The position numbers and the translations under genes are program-made. Positions 10,735-23,012 of a stretch of DNA of 64,000 bases are shown piece after piece (positions within the stretch are counted from its first letter, which is position 1; the number at the start of each line of letters is the position of its first letter). The DNA is taken from contig RSEE01000033.1 of NCBI GenBank assembly GCA_003971905.1, positions 124,001 to 188,000 of the forward strand. Direction: 5' to 3'. This stretch comes from Moniliella sp. 'wahieum'. Its lineage: Eukaryota. The notes under the pieces were generated by a model. That model was given only the letters and a program-made list of their open reading frames with translations, did not search any database and had not been told where the DNA came from.

Positions 10735-12366
10735 GGTGGCTACTAAAGAGAATGGAGGGTGGGCAAGGACGGAGTGGGCAGAGGGCAGGGACGGAGGGGG
10801 TGTTCTGGCTAGCAGAAGAGGGGAGGGGTGACAGAAAGGAGCGGGTGGTGGTGAAGAAAGACGCGACGCTGGCGGAAAACAGAGGCTGGGAGGGTGGGCT
10901 GAGGTGGGCGAGGTGCGCTCTGCTGCGCTGCGCTGGGCGGGTGGGGGGGGGTTCGTGCCAGCCTCGCCGGCGCGCTCCGGCCGAAATCGGGCGTGCAGCA
11001 GGAGGCCAGTGTGATGCGCGAGCCCCGTGCATGCTGCAAGCACAGGGCACAAGCATCATGCATCATGCATCAGCCATCAGCCATCATGCCCACCGGCACG
11101 GGCGGCTCTTGGCCTGACGCCTCGCGGCGCTGAGCACACCGGGATAAACCCGAAGGCGTACGGCCTGTGTGTGCCAGCGCTGATCTGGATCGGCGGGGTG
11201 CACCCGTCGCAGCACAGCAGCCAAAGCGCACGCTGGCCCGCTGGCTCTTGTGCGTTTCCAACGTCACGTTGGCAGCACGGGGGCAGCCACTCCCGCTGGC
11301 GATGCAAACTGAACACTCGCGGGTCTACCAGTGATTCGTGAAGATTCAGTGGAACTGCACTCCACTGCAACGTTCACCACATTCAACCAACCGAGCATCG
11401 CTCCGCATGGGGACAGCGTTGTGCCCGAGAGCGAGCGGCTCGCTGTTGTCACACACACTCGCTCCCGTCCGGGGCACCACAGGGTACCCCACGCGGCACC
11501 CCCCCGGCACCACACGTGCCACTTGGGGAGCACGCATAGTGATTGGGGTGGCTTATGTAACCCACCCGACGCGTCGAACAACACGCACCATTCCAGCAAC
11601 CATCATGCATCAATGGGCGATTGCAAGTTTCAAGGCTTCGTATTTCTTCAACTTGAACACGGCCTGCACGGCGCCCATCAGCAGCATGTGATGAATGGGG
11701 CCCGCTGCACGAGCGCCATGAGCCTCATGCGTGAGGGCATTATCGGAATCGGCCTCTCTCTGGGACAGCCGCCTTCTCGCTTTTGCTACTTCACGCGACA
11801 CACCACGCCGTCAACGTCAGTCTGGACGTATATATGTTTCCTGCTTCCGAATATGGTTCCATTACTTCCTCATGGGACACACAGTCTACGCCCGAGAAGG
11901 CTCCTGTCATCTCCCCACATGTGTACCTCTGCGTTTATACTAGGATGACCTCGCCATGATCAGCTCGCTAGAACTGATAAAGGTGTACATGTAAGCCTAC
12001 ATCGACGGCCAAAATGTACTTGTTGTTTGTTCTTTATCATTCACGCACACGATGAAGGGTGTGGCATCAAAGAGGCACAGATGCAAATGAAAGATGCCGT
12101 CAAGTGCAGCAACGGAAGGGGGCGGAAAAGTGATTGCTACAGAATGGTGGCATTGGATACGACAGCAACGAATTGTGAGTAAAAGGAAGAGAGAACAGTG
12201 AATGTATTGGGGTGCATATGGGCTAGAGAGTGATGATACAGAAGGCGTAATGGAGGGTAATAGGGAGGGGAGAAAACAAGGCCAAACAGGGATCATCACG
12301 AGGCCTGTGTTTTCTGAGGTGACAAAAACGAGTGCAAGGGTAGAGGGAATGAACTTGGCAGGTATA

Positions 12367-13830
12367 CTATACCATACTCGTATCAACCTCGGGGCTCATT
12401 CGCCTCTTGACTTTCGCATTGAGGTCATCCTCTTCCGTCAGTTCTTCCAAAAAAATCCGGGGTGGCTTTCAACGACAATACCGTTCTCAATCCTTGTGGG
12501 CCATGGCCTAGCTTGGGGGAAACGTTGGGGGTCGTATTAGTAGCTTAATTGCTCATCTACTTCTTGATCCACCAGTTAGTGGTACTCGGGCTTAGAATTC
12601 TTGGAGCAGTGGCCGGTATTGCGTCGGATTGGATCGATGCACAACTCTCCGAGCGTGAGTCTTGCATTTACTCGCGTCATCATCAGTTGAAGGGGTAGCG
12701 CGAAAACCGATGTCGGCTAGTCTGGCGCCCACTTTGGGTCTTTGGGCGCAAGGCGCAACGTACCACGGACACTACCGAACACTACCTCCTTGCTTTAGTC
12801 TTTCTCTCCTATACCAATTCACTCTGGCCGACGAAAAAGAGGGATGAGACGTAACAACATGCGCTACAGAGGGGCGAAGAAATTTCCGAATCGCCCATTC
12901 CAATTCTTGAGCGTGTTCGCCGCCTGGCAACCTGTTCCGGAAACCACAGAATATGGGGTCGGGTGAGGAATGCCGATGTTGAGCGTCGAGACGGAAAATT
13001 ATTAAGGGCTCGGATTCGGGATCGTGTGCCAAAAGGTTGATGAGGTGACGGACTGGTGCAATTGGTCCCGCAAGACTTTAACTCCTGTTCCTGCGTCTTT
13101 ACTTCCAGTGCAAAGGACAGGTGGATGAGAGTGAGATCTGTTAAGCAAAAACCATGTTGAACACGTACCTACTTTCAGCTCCAGCAGACCGTGTTCGCGT
13201 CCTGCAAGTCTGCGCAACGGATCGTGGCTGCGTGATATGAACGGGCGCTTTCAAGGGATTGGGGGGTGGGTCGGTTTTAAAAGCGCGAGTCCCTTGCGTT
13301 GCGGAGCATGCGCACCAGATCCAGCAGTCACTAGTCATGGTGCGGTTCGTAAAGTTGTCTCCTCCCGTTTTGTAGGTTGTGATGGGACTGTGAAGAAGAT
13401 ACGGCCAGGCCGCTCTGTGCTCGCCAGTGGCTAGATACTGGTGCTGCACGAACGGCGTTCCCCCTTGAGCATATAGGTGAAACGGCGTTCTCGGACGCTG
13501 AGAGCTGAAGAGGTCTTGTTCGACTCGGGGGGGAGTGGAGGAACATATAGGCGGGGGGTTGACTTCGGGAAACTTATGACAGACTACATCGTCTGGCCCG
13601 TTGAAAGGCATGCCACGCCGGCCATTTTGGTACAGCGCTCGAAAGTGCTCCGTCCCGGACGATGCATGACCCAAAAGTCTGTATGGGAGCCATGCTTGAG
13701 CAGGGCGTAAGTAGTCTTCTAACTTTTGCTGCCTGCTGTCAAGCCGTCCTTTTTCACCTTTTGATCTGGGGAAAGGCTAGTGGTTGAGCTGGCCCCAGCT
13801 TCGCCTTCATCAAAAGATCGCGGGGCGTAC
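12367..13830 (-). CDS. Possible orphan multi-exon gene or decayed gene (no recognisable domain)
   Basis: Consecutive minus-strand open stretches (YAPRSFDEGEAG..., 13141-13674, 12772-13032) and a last exon after CTAAT..TAG (GHGPQGLRTVLSLKATPDF..EELTEEDDLNAKVKRRMSPEVDTSMV-TAG); lower GC than neighbours. Confidence 0.3.
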
Positions 13831-14877
13831 CTGCGTTGTTTGTTTAAAACCAAAGAGAAGAGTCTCCATTCACACCACGCACTACTGGTTAATGTATATG
13901 TTCATGCTCGAGACAGGTCAGAAGCTGAAGGCACCCTATTATCGCCTTGTGTAGTAGATAGATGGACACGACCAGGTGTCTCTCTCTTATGTCTTGTTGG
14001 CATATGTTTTTTTTTTGCTCAGCGAGGGCAGACAATGAATTTGAAGGAATGATTCCTTGAGGATGTCATACTTGTGGCCGAGGACGCTACTAATGAACGA
14101 GTGAAAGCTTCGTGGACGATGAGACGCGGGCGATAAGAGATGGTGAATACTTGTGTCTTTTTGCTCAGCCGAGGTTTAGGCGTTTTTTTTGACTTGACAA
14201 CACGCGTCTGTAGGTGTTGCGCGTAAGGGTGTGTGTCAAGGGAGGCGGGATAAAGGAAAGGCCGGCAGGCCAGGCAGGCCATTCTACTGTACACCAACGT
14301 TATGAAAAGATGCCTGGGGTGCATATATGTTGACGTGTACCATGCTCAGCATGGGAGGGGAAGTGATGGCAGACCAAAAGGATGGTAGGTGGGAAGGTGG
14401 GCCCAATCTAGTATGTCATCGATACAGTCCAACACACAAACCCGAATACACGATTACATTCAGCCTATATCTGCACTCTTACGAGGACTTGCCGGGTCTA
14501 TATGAAGTTGAGATGCGTATATCGTCAAGGAACCCAACACGATATATATGCCTAAAAGTGGAGAAAAGTGGGGAAATTGATCGATCCAGAAAAGAGATAC
14601 TGCTGTCAAACATGAAAGAGAGAGAGCAGTTCATAGAAGGAAAGCTATACAAGCACGGAAAGGGCTTTCTGGCAGTGACGCCAAACAGAAAGAAGACGAT
14701 CCGTGTGGTCCATCGAAGCGTAGGTGACCGTTGACATAACCAGAGAACAGCGCGACACGAGGCGAGGGGGAATACAATAGGCGGGGGCGAAAAAAAAATA
14801 AAAATCAGCCAAGGCCACAGATCCATCAGATCCTGCCGAGAGGGTTTCATCCACAAGCTCCCCTCTTTCCCGTCTGG

Positions 14878-16420
14878 CTAGACATGTTGGGCTTGGGTGA
14901 ATCCCGGGGGTGGGTGGGTTTCAATAAAAGGCTCCATGACGAAGACGGCGGATCTGATGCTCAGCTCCTCGACGCGAGAGACCAACGCATGACGTTCAGC
15001 TTCAAGCTGATGGATGCGGTTCAGCAAGATTTGATTGTGAGCAACCAAGTCCGCGTCTTCTCCTCTCTGGCTCGCTTCCAGTTCGGCATTGCGCGCTCGT
15101 AGACGATCCACCTCATCTTGCATGTTCTTCCATTGAGCCGCTTTGTACAGCCGGTGCCTTCGTGCGGCCAGGTGTTGCGAATGCGCTTGGCCTCGGCATC
15201 ATCCACTTTTTCATCCGACTTGTACTTCTTCCGGGACCCGCGCTGGAGCGCCAGAGCTTCGTCCTTCTGTTCCCCCCTTCCAAGCCGGGCACGTCATTCG
15301 AAGTGCCTCCTTGCCCCTCGCCTTCCTTCTGCGGGCATTGGATGCTTTGCCGTCTTGATTGGCCGACGCGGCAGAATTCGACGAGCGTTTGCGCCGAGGC
15401 GGGATGGGTGCATCCAGTTGAATCAGCTGGCTGGGATCTTGGAATCGGGCGCTTGCGACGTTCCACGACCGGGCGGGTAACAAGTCGGCGACAGTCATAG
15501 GGCGGTCAGCACCGGCCGAGGCATTGCCACTAGCCCCCTCCGAAGTGTTGTCTGGCCTTCTTGGCGGGATCGACACCGTCTCCCGAAGAAGGGTGGGAAG
15601 GCGCGATGGGGGATGCCTGCGGGCCAGTGCCGGTACCAGACTTGGAGGGAGGGTCGGGCAAAGTTTTTTCGCCGTCGATAGTTGGGACGGGCATAAATAC
15701 TGGGGGAGGCTCGCTGCTCAGGACGTTAGGAAGAGGTAGGAGCGATTGCGAGCGAGGTCCTCTTGTCCCTCAAGGACGACGTGCCATCTTCCACCGAATT
15801 GCTTGGGATATTGCCCGCGGACGTAGGCGGGACTGTAGCGCGCTCGCTCGTTATAGACTCCATGAAGGCCTGGTAGAAGATGCCGACATCAGAACCGCTT
15901 TCAACCCCCCGGGGGTGGAGCGTGACTAGCACAGGGGAAACATATGGACATACCTGGTGGATTGAGCGCCATATTATTCCAACCACTCGGGATGGAAGAG
16001 TTCCCCACCATGGAAGGGGTTGCGGAATGGTTAGTGTTCCCGGATGGATCGCTGTTGGGATGAAATGGAGTGGTCTGAGAGACCATAAAGCCCCGTTCTT
16101 CCTGTGCCATGCCTGGAACAGGCACCGATTGCCGGCGGGGAAAGGGGGTTGGTTCGGCTGATCCAAATACGTCGGTCGCGGAAGATTCGCCGCTGAATGC
16201 GGGGCGAGGGGATACCCCCCTGACGCGGGCTGACCGAGGAAGGGCGTGGATGGTGAAGAGCGGGATTGGACGTAGGTGACTGATCTGGAGGCGCGGCTCC
16301 AGAATAGGTAGCTTCACGAGCCGCATCGTCTCGGGCTGCCGAGGCGCCCGCCGGCGGCGGGGCACGCATCCCAGGGGCTTGCCCCCAGGAATATGGTTCT
16401 CGGGAAGAGCCAGGAAACAT
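14878..16420 (-). CDS. bZIP transcription factor, Gcn4/CpcA-like basic region
   Basis: One-base correction near 15170 gives AEAKRIRNTLAARRHRLYKAAQWKNMQDEVDRLRARNAELE followed by a second heptad run; low-complexity N-terminus from ATG 16420 (MFPGSSREPYSW); GTATGT donor at 15953. Confidence 0.78.
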
Positions 16421-17078
16421 GGCTGGGAGTGGGTAGTGTTAAAGCGGAGGAAGAACGATGTGGAGAAACGAAGCGCTAGCACGCCAAGAACGAAAGGCAG
16501 GGCTTACAGTGAACTGGACTGAGGCCAAGATGCGGGTTCAGGGTGGGGCAGAACTGAATGCTGCTTTTTGGTAGGATAAGGCGCTGGAGGATCCTGTGCC
16601 AAGAGGGCAGGCTTGACTATGCCAGCTGCCTGGGATTTTGATGGGGCGCACGAATCAACGAGCTCCGATGGAGAGAGTTCTCTAGTGACAGGAGAGAGCC
16701 CGCTGGCTGAGCTGTACCTGCAGAGGGTCAAAAGGACGATGCCGGCAAAAGGTTTTGAAGGGCGGAACACAAAAGTGTTTCACTGGTTTCATCACTGTGC
16801 TACTGGTATGTGCCCAGCCAAAGCGCTGCGATGGAGGCAGGTGGGCGTGGGGTGGAGGTGGGGAGGATGTACGCAGCGTAGGGGGGGGCAAACAGTGGCG
16901 GCGAGAACGCGGCGTAGCAGGGGAGGGACAAAGACGCTCCAGGGCGCAGACGCGGAAGATGGTGGTGGTGGAGAGGAGCTAGCTAGAAGCTGTGTGCCCT
17001 GCCAAGCTATAGGTTGAAAAAACTACTGGGGGTGTATCGCGCGACGCGTCTCTCCGGTACGCCGAGACTTGTCGGGAA

Positions 17079-17084
17079 TTTATA
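17079..17084 (-). promoter_or_regulatory. Putative TATA box (TATAAA) of the bZIP gene
   Basis: CATATAAATT on the minus strand followed by a ~650-nt pyrimidine-rich, ATG-depleted leader. Confidence 0.5.
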
Positions 17085-20000
17085 TGCCTGCCGTCCAGAG
17101 CCGAGTCTGGCCTGTGGCAACAGAGGGCTGTGCCCTGCACGGTGGAACCGGCCTCTGCCTGCCGCTTTTTTGCGCGTCCCTGGAACCCCGTCTTGGAAGC
17201 CGCTGGGTGCCCTTGTGTGCCCGGCTTCCCCCCGCAGCTCTCTCCCTGATGCATGAAAGTCCCCCCCTCTTTTCCTCTCCACAGCAGAACAACTCTGCCA
17301 GGCACTATTCCTCTGTTCGTAGGCCCACTGCCTCTCGCCTTGTTCATTCTTGCGCTATGGAGATACCTGTCAGAATGTCCAAGTATGTGTCGGGCGGCTA
17401 CGCACACAACCTATTACTGGCGCATGGCGTACACACCCATGCTATAGGCGATGGAGGGGCGAGAGGGTCTGAACAGAGCCATACGCCTGCGGTTGCAGGG
17501 CTCGACCAACAAACATTCCCTTCCTGTGAACGATATGCCGTGGCCACACGATACCCTGCAATCAGTTGGCAGCGTTGCTTTTTAGGTTGTGACGTGCAGC
17601 GAGGTACATTGTGGTACGCTGAGAGGAACGGAGATGATCGATGAGATGATTCACTCAACCAGTCCCCCCTCGCTCTCCCACCACGCAGACAGTGCACCGC
17701 GCACGCGACCGTGAACTGTGTGCCGCAACCACACCTCGACGGCCCACAGGGTCTCTCAGATCTCAGCCATGGAATACAGCCAATGATGCCGACTGCCCGC
17801 TTCCCTCCGAGCGCCCAGCAGACAACCGCGGTGCACGTGGACCTGGCAGAATCACGCATTTGCATGCTCCCACTGCCCGCGCCGGACCGCAGCGCAAGAC
17901 ACACCGGCCCAGGCCGTCAGGCACTCAGGCATCGAATGTCGACGGTTGCCGACCCCGACAGGTTTCAGTTAAAAGGGACCAGGAGGGTCGAGCCCGGCCT
18001 TTAGCGGGATAGCAGGCGTTAGCACTTGGGACGTAGTGCCCCCTGCACTCCTGCGCGTGGTGTGTGGGCATGGGGCACGGTTCTACAACGCGCAACGCCG
18101 GTATTAGTGACTACTTCTGTCACGGGTGTCTCTAATGACTAGCGGAAAGGGACCAACAGTAGGACCGGTCTCAGATGGCGTAAGGAGGTTACATACTTCT
18201 ACGCTCGGCTGGGGCGCCGCCTAGTGCCGCCCTGTGCCGGCTCGACCACTTTCAACCGACGGCTGCGGATATTGCACGGCATCATGCATCTCGACAGCAA
18301 GCGGGGTTGGGTTACTTGCGCACATACTCAGTCCTGTCCCTATTTGCGCCGTGCGCGTGACTAGACTCTTAATGACTTCATTTCGTGACTGGCGAGTGAC
18401 TGAGGATCTGAGGACTTCCAGCATCCGCATCACCATATAGCAGCCAGTTACTATTTCACAATTGACTAGTGAAAAACGATAGCAAGAGTATCGAGTTTAC
18501 TGAGTACACAGTGAGGCAGTAGTGCTAGTGAGGCACTGAGTCAGTCCTGAGGCTCAGGCAACCTGATCGATGATCGACGAGAGGGGCTTAAGGGAAGGTT
18601 TTGATGCCACTTTTGTAACCTGTACGATGCAGCAGTTTCTCGAACATGTGACAACAGAGATCGTCGAGTATATAGCCCGTGGCACCCATAGGCTACCATA
18701 TCAGCGCATCAGCACTCAGCGGGCTCAGCGCTCGGCCTCAGCGCTACAGCCCTTGACACACAGACCGTGTCTGTTGATGCTGCATTAGACCAAGGCCCAA
18801 AAGAGTGCGCTTGTACACCGCTGTAACATGTAACAGGCTGAACTCAACGCTTTTCGGCCCTTTCACCCCTTCCTCCCAACACCAGCACCCCCATCAAACT
18901 TGTCGCGAGACCACAAACGCTCTCAACACACACTTTCTAATAATTAGTAACCCCAAAAAACCCTCTCCATTATCTGCTCTTCACTCAGCTCAGGTTTCAG
19001 GCCCTTCAGGCCCTCTCTGGCTCAGTGCTCACCGACCACTTTCAGCGATGAAACTCATCCGCATCACCGTGCAATTTCCAGACGTTTTGCATCTACGTTC
19101 TACAAAACCATACAGCGACGACGACATTCTATACGCTTTTCTATGGGTTACTTCAACACTGGCAGGTCGCCACACCTAATGATGTTGGAGGGATGGCCGT
19201 GACGCATGACGCGCAATCTCATCAATGCAGACGTTCACCGTACCCATCGAAACAGCTATAGCTTTGTGCAAGCAAGTGTATACCACCACAGCCATAGATG
19301 GTTGTGTTTGGGGTAGGAGGGATGCTGGGGTTGTCCGGTGGGGAGGATCGAGCACGACGGTACAAAAAAACGTGGTTCCACACGACTTTTTGAAACCTAA
19401 GAATGGGGCCTGTGTATGTGTGTGTATGGGCGGTTTTTAACGTTTAACGTTTAACGGTTGAACGTTAAACGTTAGATCTCACGCGTTAGGCGTTGCGGGT
19501 CAAGAGTTAGGAAGGCAGGGGGGACGGCTAACTGTAGCACAGGCAACACACAACGTGTAACGTGTAACCGCCAGTTCGTCAGCACCTTGTCAGTGACTAC
19601 TACTACTGTGTTAGCGCTTAGCGCTTGGCAGTATAGAGCGAGACGGAGCGACTATAATGCTTCCCTCTGGCCTCTGAGATCTGAGGATGGACACAACAGT
19701 TGGGCTGTGGGTGTTGCTTCTCGTGTGGGCGATTCCCACGTTTATCCCTAAGCTTAAGTTCAAAAGTGAATGCTCAGAGTAACGTTATGGCGGCTGAGAG
19801 AAGCTCAAGCTCAGCGCGCAGGCTGAGCAGAGCTGAGATCAGCTACTGCATTCGTACATTGCAAGCCCTTCCTTGGTAGCTACCTCGCGAGTTATTATAA
19901 CCGTGGTTGTTGAACGTTGAGCGCGTTGAGCGGCTGAACCTCAACCAGGCCTCAAGCCTGATCCTGAGCGCTGAGTTTGAGCTGAACCGTTGACCCTGAG

Positions 20001-20742
20001 GCTGCCTGAGTTCAGACTGTGAGAGTCTTGAGTAGTACTTAGTTCCAATGTCAACGCGTCAACGCGTCAACGCGTCAAGGTTCAACTATTGAGTATCGAG
20101 TACACTCAGTACTGAGACGCGCCGCCCGAACTTGAATCCATGGCAGCGGAACGAACGGACCCGCGTAAAATCAGGCTCCAACGTTTGCGCTTTTTGGTTC
20201 TGAGTCCTCCGTCTCACCAATGACGGGCACTGGCCGCCTGAGGCCGGAACATCTGAACCTGCTCAACTCAGTCTGAGGCTTGAGCTTGAGGCTTGTGTGA
20301 GTACTGAACTGAGTACCCAGTTATACTCAGTCTCTGTCCGTCGTTCCAAGTTCTGAGTAGCACTCACCGTCAATATTCAGTGGAGCTGGTCGATCGTGGA
20401 GTTGGTTACAACAGCCTGCGATGGGAGAGATTCGGTGCAAACCTTCCTACGTCCGTCGTTCATCCGGAGATTGAACATTGAATTGAATATTGATGGTCCG
20501 CGGCCGCACAGACAGTAGGGTTGCAGACTGTCCGTCGTCCGGTTTCGCCGCGTCGCGCGCAAGCAGCCCAGCCACCGCACCGCCGGACGTAAGCGATTAT
20601 CGATAAGCCCACGCTCACGCTCGTCTGCACCACCGCCTCTTGCTTCTCCCTCACTTGCCCAGCAGGTGCATGCGCAGTGCCTCTCGCCTGTGCCTCCCCT
20701 TCCGCTCCCCCTCCCCCTCCGCACCGCCTCCTCCCCCGCACC

Positions 20743-22510
20743 ATGTCCTCAGCAAGTGCCGCTGATGCCGCCCCGAGGCTGTCTTGAGCGACAATCCTGT
20801 CGAGGCGTACGAGCAGAACGCTGCCCGTGCCCTGGGCGACGGTCCTCCCATGCTGGACACGCCTCCCCTCAGCGATGACTCCGCCCCGTTGTCCCGCACA
20901 CACACGTACTCCTACGACCCACCAGCCGTACCTACCACGTGGGGCGAGTCCTTCCAGTCTTGGCTCCGCTCCAAGCCAGCGCTAGACAGCGCGGCGGCGG
21001 AGTTGCACATGCACCACAAGCATACCCCATACTTTACTCACGCTACTCTTGGAACATCCCCATGCACTCGGGTGCCGAAAGCATGTATCAGCTCTGGAAC
21101 ACTCGCTCGCACGCACAGAACGTTACCGACGCTCATTTGCCCACACTGCGTGCTACCATGGGCTTAGAACGGGCTCCCGATGGCAAAGTCGCTGCCCTGA
21201 GGCTGGTCGATGTGGATGCCCGCCCGAGGGTACCTCGGCCTCCTCGGCAGAGGGGTCAAAACGCACGCCACTTCTTCAGCAAGCATGACCGACACAAGGG
21301 CTTATCAACCTCGAGGTGGGCAACCCCACCATCGCGCCAGGTACTGCTGAGTGGGCCGCAGAGCCCAAAGTGGTTGTCCTCCACGGCTATGGTGCCGGCT
21401 CAGCTTTTTTCTTCCAGAACATCAAAGCTCTCGCCCAGGCCCCTATGCCTTCTCCCACGACGTCGAAGGAGAGTAGCAACCGCCTGTTCGTGTTGGATTG
21501 GTTAGGCATGGGTCGCTCGGCCCGCGTCCCCTTTCACCCCAAACCTGAGCTTTTGCACGACGATAAGGACTCTCACCACAAGGCTGGTGAAAATGGGCAG
21601 AATTGGCCCCCGGAACACCTGATCGACTGACGCGCAGAAGGGTGGAAGCGGCCGAGGAGTTTTTCCTCGATAGCTTCGAGGCCTGGCGCCGGATCATGAA
21701 AATCGAACGCTTTGTCTTGGTTGGCCACAGTCTCGGTGCTTATCTTTCTCTTGCTTACTATAAGGCATCCCGAGCGGGTGGACCGCTTAGTCCTTGTCAG
21801 CCCTGCGGCCATGGGAATCAGTACGTCGGATGCGAAAATATCCTGGTTTTGTTACTAACTACCTGTTCCCCTGGCAGACCCCGAGTTGGCCGAGAAAAAG
21901 TCAAACAGGCTTCCGACGACGACGGAGCGAGACCAAGTTGTCGAGCCAACCGCAACGGGGAATGCTTGGTCGGGCTGCGATCTCCTTCTTCACATTTTTG
22001 TGGGAACGCAACTTATCCCCCTTTGCACTGGTTCGTGGCTCGTTGTTTGCAGGGCCCAAGCTTGTCAGCAAGTACACTCTGCGTCGCTTTGGCCATTTGG
22101 AAGACGAAGATCTGCGCAGTATGCATACCTACGCCCATGGTATCTTTGTTGCCCGCGGCTCCAGTGAGTACAGCCTCAACTGGTTATTGGCCCCGGTGCT
22201 TGGGGCCGTTGGCCTGCTATCGCACGGATGCAACAGGCGCTGAGCGCTCTTCCTCCTGTGTCCCAGTCCCGATCAATCAAGGATGTGCCCATCTCTATGA
22301 TCTACGGCTCGCACGATTGGATGGACCCAGGTTCGGGCCAGAAGATGGCTGAGTTGCTGTGGAAGCACGGGTCACCCAAGGCCAGTGTGTACGTTGTCCC
22401 CAAGGCCGGCCACAACGTCTTCCTTGATGCACCCATCCCTTTCAACCAACTTATCACTGCTTTGCTCCGTGCCCCCTCCAATCCCACTTCGCATTCCCCC
22501 TTTCCAGTAA
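20743..22510 (+). CDS. Alpha/beta hydrolase, Ict1/Cld1/ABHD4-5 family (lipid deacylase/acyltransferase)
   Basis: VVVLHGYGAGSAFFFQN, LDWLGMGRSARVPF, AEEFFLDSFEAWR, LVGHSLGAYLS (GxSxG), HPERVDRLVLVSP, MIYGSHDWMD, AGHNVFLD (Hx4D); several indels; 3' end approximate. Confidence 0.88.
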
Positions 22511-23012
22511 TCTTGATCCCGACGGTCGCATTTCCGATGACGAAAAAACTGCACGTCTGTGTGCGGCGTGGACACGACTCAACACGGTTTGATTTCACCT
22601 CACATCTCACCTGCATATTGCATGCCACACTCTGTCCTACGCTCGTTCCTTTCATCACCGCTTACGCATTTAACCTGCTTCCCTTCGATAGACTTTGGTG
22701 TACGCCGGTCTTGGGGGTTGATACACACTGGTTTTGTCCTTATATTGGCCGGGAACAGCACTGAAGTGAAGACATGATAGGTCCTTTTCCCTCCAAAAAC
22801 GATTGTGTGGGACATAGTCACAAATGACTCTGGCCGATAGAATACGTGTCAGAGAACTGTATCCTTCAACCAAGCAAACCTCATACATGCACCCTATGTT
22901 CTCTGCAGAGCCCTTTGCCTATTTACCACAGCTACGTTCCACTACATCAACAGGACAACCTTCTTGTATGAGAGGAGCCCCCAGCATATGGATTGAGAGG
23001 TTCTTGCCGCTC

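Noticed and set aside
14327..14734. 135-aa plus-strand ORF
   Set aside because: Antisense to the pyrimidine-rich probable 3' UTR of the bZIP gene; no recognisable motif.
18860..19410. Possible degenerate MITE or Helitron end (weak inverted similarity 18871-18899 vs 19301-19347; hairpin then CTAA at ~19397)
   Set aside because: Similarity is low-complexity C-rich vs G-rich sequence; no clear termini or target duplication.
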